This document shows, piece after piece, positions 62,901 through 64,000 of a DNA stretch of 64,000 nucleotides. The notes beneath the pieces are model-generated. The model did no database searches, was not told where the DNA came from, and saw only the letters and a program-made list of their open reading frames with translations. Position 1 is the stretch's first letter, and each line of letters starts with the position of its first letter. Source of the DNA: Picochlorum sp. SENEW3 (Eukaryota); NCBI GenBank assembly GCA_034226945.1, contig CP120455.1, positions 992,001 to 1,056,000 of the forward strand, written 5' to 3'. The translations under genes and the position numbers were made by a program.

Positions 62901-64000
62901 GGGCTTGAGTGAGAAACTTGAGTGTTTTGACATGCTCTTGCAAGCAGAGAAATCTGTGAATAGACGAGTAGCAGTGTTTGCACATTCTTCAACAGTCCTC
63001 TCTCTCCTGAGTGAATGTATGAGAGTAAGGTTTGGTGAAGGAACCTATCGTACGATAACCTCCACAACGCCCTCATTAGATTGTCGCAAGGCAATCAACT
63101 CATTCAATGAAGATGAGTCACATGTATCGTTCATAGTAATGCACCCGATTGCTTGTGGTCTTGGTATGAGCTTAGAGAAATTGGATACAGTCATATTCTT
63201 CGATTCAGACTGGAGCGTGACCTCGGATATAACTGCCTTATGTCGAGCTAGAAAACTGGGAAAGGCTGACTCTCTTCGACTCTACCGCCTATATTGTGAG
63301 GACACGATAGAAGAACGTTTGATTGCTCTTGCCGAGAAAACAAAAGGAATGGAAATCGCACTTCGCCAGAGCCATGGCCGTGCATATTCTCGAGGGGCCA
63401 AAGTGCTGGACGAGATCTTACGGGCTGGCGTTGAGCAAATGTTTTCCGAGGATGCAGCAGGTGGGAAGGACCCTGAAATCAAGCAAGAAGAGCCTGATAG
63501 TCTAGAGTTGGCGAAGGATGGCAAACCAAATGATAAGGAGCAGAAAGAGTCAATTTCAAACGAATACTTCAGAGGGGATAACATCAAAATGTTGGTGAAT
63601 ACTGACCCTGCAGAGGCATTTGAGAAAAACAAGGGTGATGCCGCACAATGCAGACTGAATGAAGCATTACCTGGGACAACCGTTATCGACTTGACACCTC
63701 TAAAGCCAAATACAACTCCACAAGAACCACCGTCTGCAGAAGAAGAGTTGTCTGGAGAAGAAGGGGCTGATCCAGATGCTCATTCGAGGGCAGAGGCGGC
63801 GCTTCTTGCTTCCAAGTTTTGGTCTTCCCTTCTCCAGGAGTCCTGGCAAAAGTATCAAAAAGAACGAGGCGCGCTTCTTGATGCCAGTGTAGAAGATGAC
63901 GAGGAAGATGAAGAAGAAGATACCGGCCGAAGAATATCGGCGTCTTTGGGTGGTGTATCATATGAAGAAGAAGAGGACATACATAGAAGGAGAGGCAGAG
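59914..64000 (+). CDS. CHD-like chromatin protein: zf-CW, RG-rich, PWWP, two chromodomains, divergent SNF2 ATPase; exon 59914-59984, then 60060 to beyond the window end
   Basis: My translation: WIQCCQCEKWRKVP..WTCADN.WD...NSC; LVWAKVEGHDWWPG; EFLVKYIGRSHIHDEW; ILVKWTNLG.ENATWE; FADDQGLGKT; FDERH; FFDSDW. Absent from the ORF track because the frame is open to the end. Confidence 0.9.
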   Translation, partial: MSGSQSNAEMDALMALGELAHAASYVDYIYDDDCVLVLSVRDIVSCCCSGDPGAIDMRDHGVGDAEVRPHVDLMGRELQKWIQCCQCEKWRKVPYSVDADQIPDSWTCADNVWDPVHNSCDIDQELSDDKIDEILQVQGEQELAYAQEQALLPPKAPEYAGAYDDPYDDDYYEDSGKRGGKKGRWGRGRGRGGRGRTNGSGRQKGRREEAGRGRGGKVQSGRIAHDEAAEALLGMVGGERDAVMRKSGERYYPGRLVWAKVEGHDWWPGKVVRRRAVPREVGLPEDGPTAFRYQIPVVFFTPKGIPGETASPQTGLDGIIEALKPLSTEEAANEDEAEYAWLVAEALKPFKAGDTCGSPENPPTDELLIRCIEAANRAAEVLEKVKEENGEQYYSSDSDGGWGPQVHSNTISYRGRRGGRGGRGRKGRSTRRGRGRGRWGRMDEDMGSDEDYEPGYVGGSVDYGSGAPKIIVESILGWRWREPLSTMKDPKKTEEDVAMESAVDALLAAADDGNDKSMEFLVKYIGRSHIHDEWVAEATLMQIAKRKVLNFKKRYGCDLPDATPVSLTNESWSIPERFISRRAAPHGPGWEILVKWTNLGIENATWESESESFMSRADCIQLTNELWIRQANALRRSTPESQSRSEELYEQFSANITDLKESPDYTDWELMPHQVEGFNWLRRHWATRENCFFADDQGLGKTATVLSFIRSLRKDFACHKPILIIAPSSSLAFWEGEFLQWLGNDIDTVTYSGSAVARNILLDHELWLSPSALDGRVVHKKTLNDRVPKCDVVLTSHEAFASDSVELSAMKWELVVFDERHRIQSAALKAHQFINEIDSAHKVLLGWPSLPSNVQELMAEVSFIKSQYQNLEDLPGNLDEEEENVQIKALKAELEPVMLQRPRSIIGEVIAPSYEVRIPVKLRKEQIESYKSVLTKSYEVLGDPKASRFSGYRAVQLRGVVSDLRAVCAHPGIDSGDSLDANRIQLKHQDDLDEALGLSEKLECFDMLLQAEKSVNRRVAVFAHSSTVLSLLSECMRVRFGEGTYRTITSTTPSLDCRKAINSFNEDESHVSFIVMHPIACGLGMSLEKLDTVIFFDSDWSVTSDITALCRARKLGKADSLRLYRLYCEDTIEERLIALAEKTKGMEIALRQSHGRAYSRGAKVLDEILRAGVEQMFSEDAAGGKDPEIKQEEPDSLELAKDGKPNDKEQKESISNEYFRGDNIKMLVNTDPAEAFEKNKGDAAQCRLNEALPGTTVIDLTPLKPNTTPQEPPSAEEELSGEEGADPDAHSRAEAALLASKFWSSLLQESWQKYQKERGALLDASVEDDEEDEEEDTGRRISASLGGVSYEEEEDIHRRRGR

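Overview
Gene-dense eukaryotic nuclear DNA with short GT-AG introns, TGTAA poly(A)-type signals and plant/algal-type genes, most consistent with a compact green-algal genome (Picochlorum-like trebouxiophyte; inference). It opens with an apparently intact antisense L1/Tx1-type LINE (ORF1 plus APE-RT ORF2). About 30 housekeeping or hypothetical genes follow: METTL6-like, PRT1, PrxII, MoaC/CNX3, DUF506, L2HGDH, rhomboid, GPI, GLR, Tat-SF1, PDI-C, U1A/U2B'', DPCK, fasciclin, RPC1, HEATR5/SWEETIE, DUF1990, mS35, SFI1-like, NOT3, ADPRM and a CHD-like gene cut off by the window end. Most notable: (1) a ~2.0-kb insert at 29220-31209, bounded by a 14-bp direct repeat and short imperfect inverted repeats, carrying two divergent intronless ORFs that look giant-virus (Nucleocytoviricota)-derived and no transposase; (2) a secreted repeat polyprotein with six RKLL sites and fourteen [KR]K[QH]YGK units, resembling a peptide-hormone precursor, next to a second RRRL-containing protein with a Gly/Ala-zipper tail; (3) a CW-PWWP-double-chromo SNF2 protein with degenerate ATPase motifs; (4) an ATD-less glutamate receptor between GPI and a decayed partial GPI copy. 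All family assignments come from motif recognition by eye; no searches were run.
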